DNA of 61,663 nucleotides, filler included, from Welwitschia mirabilis (taxonomy: Eukaryota): the NCBI GenBank assembly GCA_051453625.1. It is 7 parts of one record of this genome, joined end to end, with 100 filler letters (N's around TTAATTAATTAA, not from the genome) between each part and the next. Parts side by side here need not be neighbours in the genome. Positions count along the whole stretch, not along the records: positions 1 to 19,921 come from JBOZIK010000001.1; 6 more parts are not named here. One strand, given 5' to 3'. Shown piece by piece: positions 1 through 12,993 of this stretch. Position 1 is the first letter of the stretch, and every line of letters begins with the position of its first letter. The notes under the pieces were generated by a model. It saw nothing but the letters and a program-made list of their open reading frames with translations. It had not been told where the DNA came from and did not search any database. Both the position numbers and the translations under genes were made by a program.

Positions 1-583
1 TCAAAATTCCAGATGTCCCAGCCTTGCCTTAGATTTCTGCTTGATATCGCAGACATACCACCAAAAATCTGGTATGTCCCAAGTCTAGGATGTCCCAAAA
101 AAATCTAGGAAGTCCCAAAAAAATCTTGGAAGTCCTACCAAAAACTAGGACGTCTCAAGTTCCAATCAGCCTATTTCTAGGGTTAAGAAATCTCAAACAG
201 CCCACAGAAAAACTGGGATGTCCCCATAATTTGGACCTGGGTTTTGACTTGATGAAACTTGGATTCCTTTGACAAGTAGATCATGAGAGATGCCAAGGAT
301 CTTCACTTCAACTTTGACCTTTGTGAGCTAGTTAAACACTTTATCTTACTTATCATTAAAACTCCTCATTTGTTTGCTCCAACAAACTACCTCTTTTAAA
401 AGATGACAACTTTTGAAGTGTAATGCGAAGGAGAGNNNNNNNNNNNNNNNNNNNNNNNNNNNNNNNNNNNNNNNNNNNNNNNNNNNNNNNNNNNNNNNNN
501 NNNNNNNNNNNNNNNNNNNNNNNNNNNNNNNNNNNACTTTATCTTACTTATCATTAAAACTCCTCATTTGTTTGCTCCAACAA
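1..583 (-). repeat. 3' LTR (partial) of family A element; its end is duplicated either side of the 436-535 gap
   Basis: 243-384 aligns with 4679-4821; GGACGTCC-like repeats at 1-230. Confidence 0.85.
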
Positions 584-1421
584 TATCCCTCTTTTCAATG
601 ATGACAACTTTTGAAGTGTAATGCGAAGGAGAGAACCAGAAGTTGATGGCTGGTTTGATTTGCACCCCTGGAATTTGTACCCTCTTATGTGTAACTTGCA
701 TTCAACTTCAATAAGCACAAGCTTCAGTTGTTTTTATAGCCCTATTTGTGCTTTTTGTCCCATGAATATCCTGTAACACAAATTCAACACACACAACTCC
801 TATACTACAACACTAGGTTAGCTTCCATCAAGATTTAGCCTTTGATTAATCACTAATTTAAGTATATGAATACAAGCCTATTAGAATTCGACATTGCTCA
901 CTAACAAGCATACTTAAACTTATCATTACATATTAACATAAACTGATATATAACAAGCTAATATACATATTCTCTCCCTCTGTCATCATTGAAAAACAAC
1001 AAAGGTTACAAAATAAAACATCAAATATTAGCTAAGAAATCATTGAGTAAAGACATGAACTAAACTTTATACTATAACAAAAAAAGCATAGTACAATCCA
1101 TGCACTGCAATTTATCTAAGCAAATCTATGTGACTAAGCATGGAACAAGTTCATAGACATAATTACATAAGGCAAGAACAACGTAGAAAGAGATAACAAA
1201 AAGTAAGAGATAAGATAAACACAAGGATTGCTCAATGGATTAAACATACTTGTGATGATTCCCAATGTAGGATTAAATCTAGTTTAAGAATATGAATATA
1301 CCTGTGGGAAACATGCCCCAATGCTTGGATTCCTTCTCAGACACACAAATTGATCCTCACTTAATGCTTTTGTCATTGTACTGCTATGATCAGATCTTAT
1401 AATCCTATTGGTGTATCCTTT

Positions 1422-3200
1422 TTAATTTTGAAGCAAGAAGCCCTTCCTAACCCATTGCCAATTGCTCCTTCTTCTATGATGCTTGTTAGGGTCAGTTAGA
1501 GCTTTCTTCTTTAACATGAAATTATTGTTATATCCAAAATAGATAGCTTTCTTGTATGGATATGAAAATTGTATGTGTCCATGTTCTTGACAATAAAAAC
1601 ATTTGAGGNNNNNNNNNNNNNNNNNNNNNNNNNNNNNNNNNNNNNNNNNNNNNNNNNNNNNNNNNNNNNNNNNNNNNNNNNNNNNNNNNNNNNNNNNNNN
1701 NNNNNNNNTATTCTTGACAGTAAAAACATTTGAGGCTATCCTTACCAAAAGAATAATACCTAGTACTTGGACCAAAAAAGTTAAGGGTAAGAGACATAGT
1801 AGAAGAGCTTCCAATACCTGATTTGTCAAAGGTTATTTTACCTAGTCCCAATAGTTTGTTGAGATTCCCTCTTCCATTGGCTAGCTGCTCAGCTACAATC
1901 TTTGCACCTTCTAATTCCTTGAAAAGAAACTCAATCTTCTTGTTAGCAATATTTAGCTTTGATTCAAGATTGGCTACATGTTTCTTCAAAGCTACATTTT
2001 TCTTACCAAATAAACTACTATGCTCATATACTTTCATAGGCTTTAATTAATTCATTTTCTTCAAGATCAAAATCACATTCTTCAAAATCAAAATTAGAAC
2101 ATACCTCATCTTTTTCTTCTGCTATTACAATAAAGCCAAAGTCTAATGAAACTTTTATCTCGTTTTTCATGGATACCAGTCCAAAGTTGAGAGCTTCCTC
2201 ATTATTGCTTGATTCTGTCTCTTCATCATAATCTTATATGGCCTTTAGCACCTTTTTCCTATGCTTGTGAGCTTCTTTTCCTTTTTCTTACTGGCACACC
2301 CTGATGCAATATGACCAAAGCCCTTGCATTCACAACATTGTAATGAATCAGACAAATTCTTACCTATGCTGCTACTACATGTGAATGCCTTGCTTGATAG
2401 TTTGCCTTTCTTCTTCTTATGAAGGAACTTTTTGAAATTCTTGGTCATCATAGCTAGATTATTATCTTCCAAATCCTCACTAGATTGATTATCTTCTTCG
2501 TCCTCTAAACAGACTTTTAAAACAATATTTTTCCTTTTGGAAGTATCCTCTTTTTTTAGTAAGGAAGCTTCATATGCCATAAGAGACCCTTTGAGATCTT
2601 CTCAGCGGATTCTATCAATATCCTTACTTTTCTCTATGACCATACCTTTGGGCCTGAATTTCTTGGTAAGGCCTAAGAGTATTTTCTGAACTACTCTATT
2701 TTCAGGGACTACTTCTTCAAGTCCCCACATAGCATTGACAATGTCATTAATCATACTAGTGTACTTATCTATGGATTCTTATTCCTCCATCTTGATGTTC
2801 TCAAAATTTGTTGTTAGCGTCTAGAGCTTTGCATTCTTTACAATGTTCATTCCTACATGAGTTACCCTTAGAGTCTCCCAAATCTCTTGTGTAGTTGAGC
2901 ATTGGATCACTCTATTGTATTCTTTTAGAAATAAGGCACATGTCAGGCAATTCATAGCCTTGGTATTTAGCTAGGCAAACTTCTTATCATTGGGATCCCA
3001 TTTACTTCTAGATTGAACACGAGTTTGCCACTAACCTCCTTAGTAGGTGGAACATGGCCAAATTCTACCATATTCCAAATGTCACAATCCAGTGACTGCA
3101 AGAATATGGCCAATTTGGTTTTCCAGTATGTATAGTTTGATCTGGAGAATAAAGAAGGTCTTGAGATAGACTACCCTTTGGTATAGCTTGTGGACGCCAT
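1422..3200 (-). pseudogene. gag: Extended Sirevirus gag (stops and frameshifts): UBN2-type gag core, CCHC knuckle, coiled-coil, second knuckle
   Basis: Translates MASTSYTKG*SISRPSLFSRSNYTYWK..., IWETLRVTH..., CCECKGFGHIASGC, CFYCQEHGHIQFSYP, WQWVRKG. Confidence 0.88.
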
Positions 3201-3251
3201 CTAGGGTGAACCTGTAATCACAGAAAGAATACACCAGTCTAAAGCAACCAG

Positions 3252-3263
3252 GCTTTGATACCA
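3252..3263 (-). promoter_or_regulatory. Primer-binding site for initiator tRNA-Met (TGGTATCAAAGC), 2 nt from the 5' LTR
   Basis: Plus strand GCTTTGATACCA-AT-TGTTAG; one mismatch to the canonical TGGTATCAGAGC. Confidence 0.9.
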
Positions 3264-3265
3264 AT

Positions 3266-4821
3266 TGTTAGGATCAAAAAGCACCCTAGAAGAAGAGGTG
3301 AATATGGTGTTTATTAAAAATAACTTTTTATCTCACATGAGTAACTAAATCTGAATCTTGCATAAATAAATGAATTAGAGTAAATGAAAGAACAAAAGCA
3401 AGTGGAAGAAACAAACAAGCAAAATGTGTGCATTAGAGATTTATAGTGGTTCAGCAATCCTTGCCTACTCCACTCTCAAGGGGTAGCAACATGCTCTTAG
3501 CCTCCTAATTTCCTTAGAACATCCTTCACCAAGGTTAGCTTATAACACCCTTTACTAAGGCTTACTTACAACACCCTTCTCACAAGGGCCAGCTTGCTCA
3601 ATCCAATGAGCACTCACAAGAGATCAATCAAATAGAAGACCTGATGATTTGTATGCCTTTTACACATAGTACATCAGCATGCAGTACAACAATCTCTCAA
3701 TGAGATGATACAATCTAAGAGTAGAGATAGAGAAAAAGATTTCTTTTTCAGATTGATTATTGATCGGTCAGTTCTATGTTACTATAGCTCTAATCACAAC
3801 ATTTCATATGAGGGCAAGAATATAGCTATTGCAGACAGAGGTGGGAGGCAGTTATTCTCGACGTTTGAGATACCAATGCATGTCTACTAACCATTGAGAG
3901 TAGATGAGCCTTGATTCCTTTCTGATTTGACATTGATTTCTGCCCAATGTTCACTTTGCTCCATGCCTCAGACATCCCACAATCAATCCCAAAAGTCCCA
4001 ACTATTTTCAGTAATCTTCCACAAAATCCAGGACGTCCCACTTAGNNNNNNNNNNNNNNNNNNNNNNNNNNNNNNNNNNNNNNNNNNNNNNNNNNNNNNN
4101 NNNNNNNNNNNNNNNNNNNNNNNNNNNNNNNNNNNNNNNNNNNNNNNNNNNNNNNNNNNNNNNNNNNNNNNNNNNNNNNNNNNNNNNNNNNNNNNNNNNN
4201 NNNNNNNNNNNNNNNNNNNNNNNNNNNNNNNNNNNNNNNNNNNNNNNNNNNNNNNNNNNNNNNNNNNNNNNNNNNNNNNNNNNNNNNNNNNNNNNNNNNN
4301 NNNNNNNNNNNNNNNNNNNNNNNNNNNNNNNNNNNNNNNNNNNNNNNNNNNNNNNNNNNNNNNNNNNNNNNNNNNNNNNNNNNNNNNNNNNNNNNNNNNN
4401 NNNNNNNNNNNNNNNNNNNNNNNNNNNNNNNNNNNNNNNNNNNNNNNNNNNNNNNNNNNNNNNNNNNNNNNNNNNNNNNNNNNNNNNNNNNNNNNNNNNN
4501 NNNNNNNNNNNNNNNNNNNNNNNNNNNNNNNNNNNNNNNNNNNNNNNNNNNNNNNNNNNNNNNNNNNNNNNNNNNNNNNNNNNNNNNNNNNNNNNNNNNN
4601 NNNNNNNNNNNNNNNNNNNNNNNNNNNNNNNNNNNNNNNNNNNNNNNNNNNNNNNNNNNNNNNNNNNNNNNNCCTCGCTTTTGACTTGATAAAACTTGGA
4701 TTCCTTTAACGAGTAGATCATGAGAGATAGCAAGGATCTTCACTTCAACTTTGATCTTTGTAAGCTAGTTAGACAATTCATCTTGTTCATCATTGAAACT
4801 CCTCATTTGTTTGCTCCAACA
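3266..4821 (-). repeat. 5' LTR of family A element (contains N-gap 4046-4672)
   Basis: TG...CA termini (TGTTAG...CCAACA); adjacent PBS; ~26-bp tandem units at 3528-3600. Confidence 0.87.
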
Positions 4822-5649
4822 GAATTTTCATTGATATTACCTCTACTAGTGATGCTATTAAGACAAGGCCCCAAGGAATTAAGTTAAATAGAGGAGCCCC
4901 AAAAGCTTCCTTCGTTCAACAGTTTGAAAACCTTATAAGCAAATCCCTCAAGAAAAGAAGTGGCAGGTATAAGAGGAAGGATCTCCCTCATTTGTTTGAT
5001 GGTTCAGTAGCTCTCATTATGAAATATTTTAATTTGGAGGGTCATTTTGATAAAATCAATGGGCTTCGTTTCCACTTGTTGGTAGCTATGATGGGCGAGT
5101 TTTAGATCTCCCATTCTTCCTTTCAGATTCATTACATTATTCTCTTGGTAGTAAGAAAGTAAGGCATGAAGGCCTTATTTTGCTCTTGTACCAAAAGAAG
5201 CTCCAAATTGACGTTGACATTCTCACTTCGCAAGACATCCCCCATGGTGTAGTGCAAAAACCGCTCCTGTGGCAGGCTCCAATCTACACAAAGAGTGACA
5301 AAGAGCATGGTCTCCCAATGCCAGGAAGGCACACTGATAACGCATCGTCTAAACAGGTAGAAGAAGAAGAAAATTCAACTGATCAAAAGAACAACAAGCA
5401 AAGTTGTCCGAGGCAGATGATGAAGAAGAAGAAGAAGATCTGAATGTAGATCCCATTGTAGGCACCATTGCCCAAATCCCTCCCTCAAACTATGGTCCAA
5501 ATCATTCCAAATTTGTTGTTAATCATTTAGGATATGCTAGTTTGGAATCACTCTTAGATTGGAATTAAGAGAATGGTTTAAAGAAATTAGATGTTGATGT
5601 TTAGGGCCTTGAGTATCAAGGGGACTTCTACTGAGGCTGGAAAAATAGC

Positions 5650-6543
5650 TTCTAAGCTATGACATAATTATTCGATAATTTGGCTTTTGTGTCTATAATA
5701 TGATTTACCATTTCTCAAAAAAAGAAGTCATGTTCTTTATAAGGAAGGAAAGTTGGGTATTCCAAGAGGTTCTATGGGCAATAACATTTTGCAAGAAAAG
5801 TATAGTGGACATACGGTAGTACATTGTGGGTAAACAAGGCCTCTGAGGTGGTGCAGAGGAATTACTATTAGCCTAACTTCTATAATGATCTTCAAAAATG
5901 GGTAAAGAACTATGGAATTTGTCAAAGAACCAAAGGATGATCTTCTAACAAAGGACCATATATGTAGTTACCACTTCCTACAAGACCTTGACGTTAGAAA
6001 ATAGATGATTAATTAGCAAGCTAACAATCACTGTAGTTATCCAAAACACAAATATGTTCGATGTTAACAAAATAGTTAGTTTTGTGAACTATTATCATGA
6101 AGGAATTTGTCTCATGTGACATAACCCTTCACCTAGAATATAGAAAATGTAAAATCTAACTTTATAATTATCATTCATTATCTTATTTTCACAAGGAACA
6201 CTTCAAGTGGGAAATGGCATTTGGGCACATGGTTTTCCCAAACCACATGAAGCCACTTCCAAATGATGTTATAATATTAATTTTAGTTTTATAACTCATT
6301 ATTTTAATGTTTATTATTATCAATGTTTTATTCCATAAAATGCTTTTGCACGAATTCCACCATGATATCAAAGTGCATCCACACCAAATTCTAACACCTA
6401 GGAGCACATTAAGTATAGAATTTATTCTTAGTTTAACTTGCTCCAAAAGAGGTAATGATTCCATACTAGTAGCTATTATAATACTCAGCAAAATGGGCTC
6501 CATGCAACAAGATGAGATGCATCACATGTGGCAATTTTTTTCA
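5650..6543 (+). mobile_element. Decayed Ty3/gypsy (CRM/chromovirus-like) integrase remnant
   Basis: LYKEGKLGIPRGS...LQEK...HCG...QRNYY*PNFYNDLQKWVKNYGICQ (H2C2 region) and LSIEFILSLTCSKRGNDSILV...SKM...DASHVA (core start). Confidence 0.65.
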
Positions 6544-9500
6544 TGTTATGAAAACAAGTGAAGAAAGTAGAAGAGAAGACAAAGGAGCACACATAAACAA
6601 TTTAACGAGGTTTAGTCTCATTTGACCTTACTTGTACCAACATAAAGCTCTATTAGATCAACCCCAAAACCAATAGTCACAAGGAACATAAGCCATTCCC
6701 CTAGCTCAAAAAACAACTGCAGGCAAAATTGCAAATGACTTCAACCACAAATATGCCCTCATAGGGAACCCCTACCCTCTTTTTGGCCTTAAATGATCAT
6801 TGAACCCCACACCTTTTTTTTTCACATAACTATTGACCTTATTTTTAACTTTGCAATATAGGGTTACTTTTAACATAAAAAGGGAAATGTAAGGTTCAAA
6901 TTCATAATAATTAACAATCTAGCACCTAAAGGCAAAGTTCTCGCCTTCCAAGCAACATGCAATAGAAAAACAATCTAAAGAGTTATGATGGTTATAAACA
7001 AGCTTCAGGTCATGAAGCCAGAAGTCCAAGCAATGAAGTGCAAAGCTAGTGCTTCCTCACAAGTATGACCTCTGTCAAAGTGTCAATAGTGTTGTCCTTT
7101 ATATGTATTATCTGAATCTACACCATCATGCTCAATCACTTTATGAATGTAGTGGAACCTTAAGTTAATATGCTCAGTTCTAGCATGATAAGTAGAATTT
7201 TTAGCTAAATAAAGATCACTTTGACTATCACAAAAATAGAGTATAATCCATCTATTTCTTCTCCAACGAATTAAGAAATAGTCTCGCCACAACATTTTTG
7301 AGCAAACTTCTATCAAACAATGTATTTAAATTCAATTGTCGACAAAGTTATCGTGGATTGAAGCGATGATGACCAACTAATATAACTCACCCATACGCTG
7401 TAGTGGAACACATAATATCCATATTAGCAATGAAATCTACATCAACATATCCTATGAGTTGAAGACTTGCTCCATCAAACTATGGTCTTTGAGACTGTGT
7501 TCCTCTTAAGTATCACAGGATCCACTTAACAGTTAGCCAATGAGTCCAACTAGGATTACTCACAAACCTACTAACCACTCTCACTACATGGGCAACGTCC
7601 AGACGTGCGCATGTCATGGTATACATCAATGATCCAACTGTTGATTTATATGGAATTGATTCCATTCGCTTCTTGTCCTCTAAAGATAGAGGGCAATCCT
7701 CCTTGCTCCAGTTAAAGTGAGATGCCAATGGAGCCTAATTAGTATCAACACTTCCCATACCAAAACACTCCAAAACCTTGGAGATCTAATCCTCTTAACT
7801 AAGCCATAGTAGTTTATTAGTTATATCCCTAATTATCTTCACCCCAAGAATTTGCTTGGCTGGTCCCACTTCCTTCATTTTAAAATGCCTATCCATTTCA
7901 TGCTTTAGGAATTTAATTTCACCCTCGTCATTCCTTGCTAATGAAAGCATGGTCAACTTACCTCCCATGTGCCTAGAGAATTAAACATGCAGTGGTTTAC
8001 TTTACATTTGTTATACTTTTGCACTCATAAACGAAGCAAACTTCTTGTATGACTATGTTGAGCCATGCAGACTTTTCCTTAGATGCATACAAAATCAGAA
8101 TGCTTGGGATCAGCAAAACCTTCTACTTAGACCATATAGATTTCTTCCTCCAACTCACCTTGCAAAAATGCAATTCTAACATTTAGCTACTCTAGTTCTA
8201 GATCTAAACTGGCAGTCAATGATAAAGCAATCCTAATAGAAAATTGCTTAACAACTACAAAAAAGATCTCAGTAGAATCAATACCTAGTTTCTATTCAAA
8301 ACCCTTTAACATGAGTCTTGCCTTGTGACCATGCAAATGTTCCTTTAGTTGAAAGAGTCATCTATTGTGTAGTGATTTCTTACTCTTTGATAGCTACACC
8401 AGTTTCCATGTGTGATTAGCCATAAGACACTTCCATTCATCTTACATTGCAGCCTTCCATTACTTCCAATCAATGCATGATCTTGCTTCTAAAACAATTT
8501 TTGGTTCTTTTCTTTATTAGTGAGTAAAACATAAGTTAAAGGAATATACCTATTGGGTTGCTTTATAACGTGAATGGACCTCATCACCCAATGTAAAGGA
8601 ACCTCTTCTCCTTCATCTTCAGCTTCTTGCTTGTCCTATTCTACATCCATGTTATCTTCTTGTTCAACTTGAAGAATGTCTTCATTGCTAGAAGTATATC
8701 TATTGCTCAATTTCATCATGATCATCATGAGCAAATAGTTTGATAGAGTCTTTCTAAGGTTAGCTAGAATTAGGCATTTTCCGATCCTGATTTCAACTTC
8801 CTTAGGATAAAACCATGCTTAGATGGATCAGAGCAAATTGTGAAGTGCTTTTTTTGGTTTGTAGATTCAAGATTGCTGAATTGATCTGAAGCAGCTTTCG
8901 AACCACCATGGATCACAACCATAGAAAATAACATAAAATAGGCTAATTTTTAATTTTAGTTTAAAATGTTGGCAATTGTAATGACAATAGATTGGGGAAA
9001 AACATTTCTAGTATATCGCCATATATTTTAGATGAAAACATACAACAATTAAAGGATGGTGTTACTTTAAACTATTCTTAAACACATAACCACCAAATAA
9101 TGGAGGTAGAAAAGTGGCAAATTACAAATAATCTATCATGATGGTCCATATATTTGAAGTTGCTACAAGTTGCTCAAAACAAAACATTTTCATTTGCTGA
9201 TAATGATAAACCCTTGGACTTACTGGAAAACTAACATGAAGGATTCAAATCTTCAACAAATCCACCTTTAGCTAGTTTTGTGTGTTACTTCTTAGTGATC
9301 ACTATTAGAAATGAGAGAAGTATGAAATAAAATTTTATTTTTTAGGGGTTTTGGCCTCTTTTCATATCTATTTTTGGCTTAGGAGATCCACAGATATGTG
9401 GATTGCCATGGAATGCTCAAAATCACGATTTGGAGTGGATCATGATTGTGGGCTCATAGAGGAGAATTTCATCAAAAACACAATACGGAAAAAAACCCAG

Positions 9501-11150
9501 AGTGCTTTTTCATGGAGCATGATCCAAATCATTCTCCATCACGCTCCCACTCTGATTTCGATGAGTATGGCTAAAATAGAGAATCTTCTCTGAAAACCAA
9601 AACCATCTGTGTATGAGCATGATCCCAAAGTCTATACATAAACAACCAAGATATATTGTGTGCCTTGTCATCCAGCTTGGACCTGTGAGAGTTTTGTTCA
9701 TGAACATAAGCTTCATAGCTAAAAACTTTTTAAGTGTCGAAGCGAGATTTCCTTTCCTCTCCATAGAAGTTTTAGAATTTGTTCATTCAATGCTAAAGGA
9801 GGTGACCTATTAATGAGATATGCAACATTACTAATTGCTTGAACCCAAAAAAGTTTCAAGAAGACCTGCTCCTACTATGATGCTTCTAGCATGCTCTAAC
9901 AAGGTTCTATTGCAACTTTGCCACGCCATTCTATTGATGCATTTCAAGAGTAGTATGTATAATCTCCTTGTGCTTGCAAAAATTAGAAAAGGCATGTGAG
10001 GTGTATTCACCTCCATTGCATGTGAGATGCATTCACCTCCATTATATGTGAGGAGCTTCTTAACTCTTAGCCATATTTGAGTTCCTATATGGGCAACAAA
10101 TTGCTTGAAAACATCAAGTGCCATATCCTTTGACCAGATAGGATAGCCCCAATTCTATGAAGAGTCATTAATGAATTTGATAACATATTGCCAACCAATA
10201 GAGCATGCATTAATAGGGCTAACAACATCAAAACAGAGTCCTAATTTACTGTTCCTTCTAAGATGTTAACCCTACACTACTTTCCAATTTTATTATTTTT
10301 ACAACAATCAAAACTGGCAAAAATAGACAAAAGCATAAGAGGTTTAGATTAAAATACCTCTAGTCACGTTTGTCTAATGTACCCCAAATGTCTACGCCAC
10401 AAGTTGGAACTTTCTGTAAGAACAGCAACCTCTCTCTATTTCATACTAGCAATAGCACATAAAATCTACACAAAACCCTCTTTGGCTCCTTTTAAAACAG
10501 TCATAGCACCATTGCTAATCTTCCATGTATGATTAGCAAATAAAAGCTTGCAGCCCAACTCATCAAATTATTTGATAGACAGTGGATTCTTAGCCATTTC
10601 TAGAATATGCTTGACATCCTTGACTATTATGAGTTGTTTGTCCATTTGTTTCAACACAATAGTGCTAACACTCTGAATTAGAACTCTCTGGTTTCTGCAA
10701 CATGAACTATTCTAGAGAAGCATGTTTTATAGGGACTAAAGCACTTGTGATATGGATAAACATGAAAATAAGCACCATTGTCTAGTATCCAAGCCTCTTC
10801 AAATCTTAGGTTACTATTGCCATTGGATCAAGGCCAATAAAAGTCAAACTTGTTTCTCCATCTATTTTTGGTTTGAGCTATTAGGTCCTTTAGGGCTCTT
10901 TCCTACTGCATCCTTTTTGTTTTGCTTCTTAAAGGCATAATAGTCCTTTTTCACATGATCCTTCCTATAGAACAAGCACTCCAAATTTAGGCCTTGAGAA
11001 GCTTCTCTACCTTTGCTTTGTTCATGACTTTTCTCTCTATTATGAAAACACCCCCCTCCTGGTAGCAAGTGCTTCACTAGCAAAGTCGTTGTCTTAGTCT
11101 CTTTTGTATCTAGCAAGTTCAAAATGACAGTGCTGAGTGAGGGTAGAGTT
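6544..11150 (-). mobile_element. Decayed Tork/Tnt1-like Ty1/copia: 3' LTR ~6544-6916, PPT-like ~6917-6933, RNase H ~7050-7400, RT ~7450-8500, integrase ~9620-10250, protease ~10750-10800, gag tail ~10860-11150; 5' end not found
   Basis: Motifs YHARTEHINLRFHYI; IPYKSTVGSLMYTMTCARLDVAHVV; AYLINRSP; RSKLDDK...YRLWD; WILDNGAYFH; LTR starts TGTTAT exactly where the CRM integrase similarity stops. Confidence 0.85.
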
Positions 11151-11439
11151 TTTGAAGTAGTTGGTAAAGTAGTATGAAATATCTCTCATCCTTGTATTTT
11201 TGGTTTCAAATGCCTAAGCGAGATCTTAGGGCTTTTGTTGTGTGATTCTACAACTCATAGTGTGTCTGCTTCCACTAGCATTATCTATCAAGTCTACTTA
11301 TGTGTTCTAAACGTGAACAAAATGCTCATATTTGTATCCTACGCCTATGCCAACATCTTGCCTTGTCTTCTTCTCTTTGCATCTCACTCTCTCTTGTTGG
11401 AGGAAAATTGATTTGTTCTAATACTTTGAAGTACTAAAA

Positions 11440-12993
11440 TCCTTGGATGTGGATGCCAAAAAGGGGAGAAAATTTGGTCAAAGCAAGGGGAACCCTATCA
11501 TCCAAGAAGAGCAACAACTAAGGGGCACACTATCATAAAGGAAGAGCCACAATTAAGGGGGAACTTGCATATGAGAAGGTGCATACATTATTAGCATTAA
11601 GGACATGATTTCTGCCTCCAAGTTCAAACTCGTTTTAACATTGAGTCCAGGGAGAATTTTTAAGTCAAAGTGCTTGCAGGATGTCATTGATGTCAAAAGA
11701 TGTGATAAATTGTGTTCCATCCATCAATCAAGTGTGTTTTCATGCTTTTCATATTTCCTAAGATCAATCAAATCAAGAAAAATTAGTAAGTTGCCCTTGT
11801 TATAAGCAATATTGCTATCATCAAGTGACCAAGTTCCTAAGAGGGTGACCAGACCTCAGCTTGGGATGGCTCACCTTGCACAAGAAAAATAGGTACAACT
11901 GACCTACAACAGAGTGAAGCAACCAAACTGAGCATTATCTTGGCAGGAGAAATCAAAAACTTATCAGACCTACAGGACCATAGACAGGGGCAACTCAATA
12001 GTGTTTCTTAGGTTCAATCTAAATCAAAATTGATGCCAAGGCAATCAGGAAAAACAAAGGGGTGACCATCAGGAGCCCTAATCAAAACTGAAAGAAATAT
12101 GCAGTTCTTTTTTATCCAAATTACTAGTAAATACCTCCTGCTTTTCGATCTTTAGGTTGCAATGATACATGTCAGATCAGCAGCCTCTAGTAACAATTTG
12201 CTTTGCACCTACATGTTGTCATCAAGAGAATTGTGAAGTAGCTCCCAAACTTATTCTTCTCTATTCTGTTCTGTTCCACCTCCCCCACCTCTCTCACACA
12301 CACATCCATTCTTCCAAACTTTATACTAGAACGAGAAATTTTTTGTTGTGTAAGAATTTGTTTGAGCTTCACTAGTGATGCTCTGATGTTTTACACATTG
12401 CTTCCTCATCACACAAAATAAATTGGATTGTGGTTGTGATTTAGCCTTCAAAGTTACATCTTCGATATTAAGGGTTAGCCTACCTACTTCAGTTGAAAGG
12501 GTCAAGGTAATCCAGAAACCTAGACTGTAACTACTAGGACCATAAAAGAAGCATGAAGTAGCAAGAGGCTAAACTTCAAGAGTAAATGTAAGTATCTTAC
12601 TACCAAACTATTATAAATTCAGGAGTGTTCTGTACTTCCCCTTTTGTTTTTCTTTTTCAATTAGTCTTATGCCTTTATTTTTAAGAGCAAAAGGTGTGTA
12701 TCATGCTCTTTAAATCATTCAAAGTCTAAAGTTCTTCTTCAAGCACAAAATTAGATATCCAAATATTTCAAATAGCAACTTAAGTAAGTCTTAATAATAC
12801 GCTGTCACGCCTCGTTTGATTCCAGTGAACATTTTTAAGGTTGTGTAAATTTTCTTATGTTGTCATATTCATTTTCATCAGTCTTTATTTTCTTAGTTTT
12901 CAAGTAACACTAAATTTAGGCTGATATGTATCATAATTTGCTTAAAATCTATTGACCATATTCACTCATTTCCCCCAGGGTCCTTCCCTCTTC
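11440..12993 (+). mobile_element. Decayed 3' end of a Sirevirus-like element: multi-PPT zone ~11450-11710, then LTR ~11712-12993
   Basis: Repeated A/G runs (AAAAAGGGGAGA, AAGGGGGAAC); TCATTGATGTCAAAAG identical to 58811-58826; U5-like CATATTCACTCATTTCCCCCAGGG near 12956 resembles 59761-59790. Confidence 0.55.

Larger units (their letters stand above)
1..4821 (-). mobile_element. Non-autonomous Sirevirus-type Ty1/copia LTR element (family A), gag only; 3' LTR runs off the window start
   Basis: Matching LTR sequence ending TTGTTTGCTCCAACA at ~384/583 and at 4821; PBS at 3252-3263; PPT-like ATATCCCTCTTTTCAATGATGAC right after 583; degenerate gag 3200-1422; no intact PR/IN/RT in the ~2.7 kb internal region. 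Confidence 0.88.

Noticed and set aside
337..633. Near-duplicate sequence either side of N-gaps (also 1586-1737, 44555-44891, 44940-45827, 47196-47320, 54648-55465, 55440-56017)
   Set aside because: Typical unmerged contig overlaps or collapsed alleles/paralogues; includes the apparent doubled zinc knuckle
3927..4743. Long ORFs with X runs (also 26145-26882, 44825-45884, 45003-45788)
   Set aside because: Length comes from N-gaps
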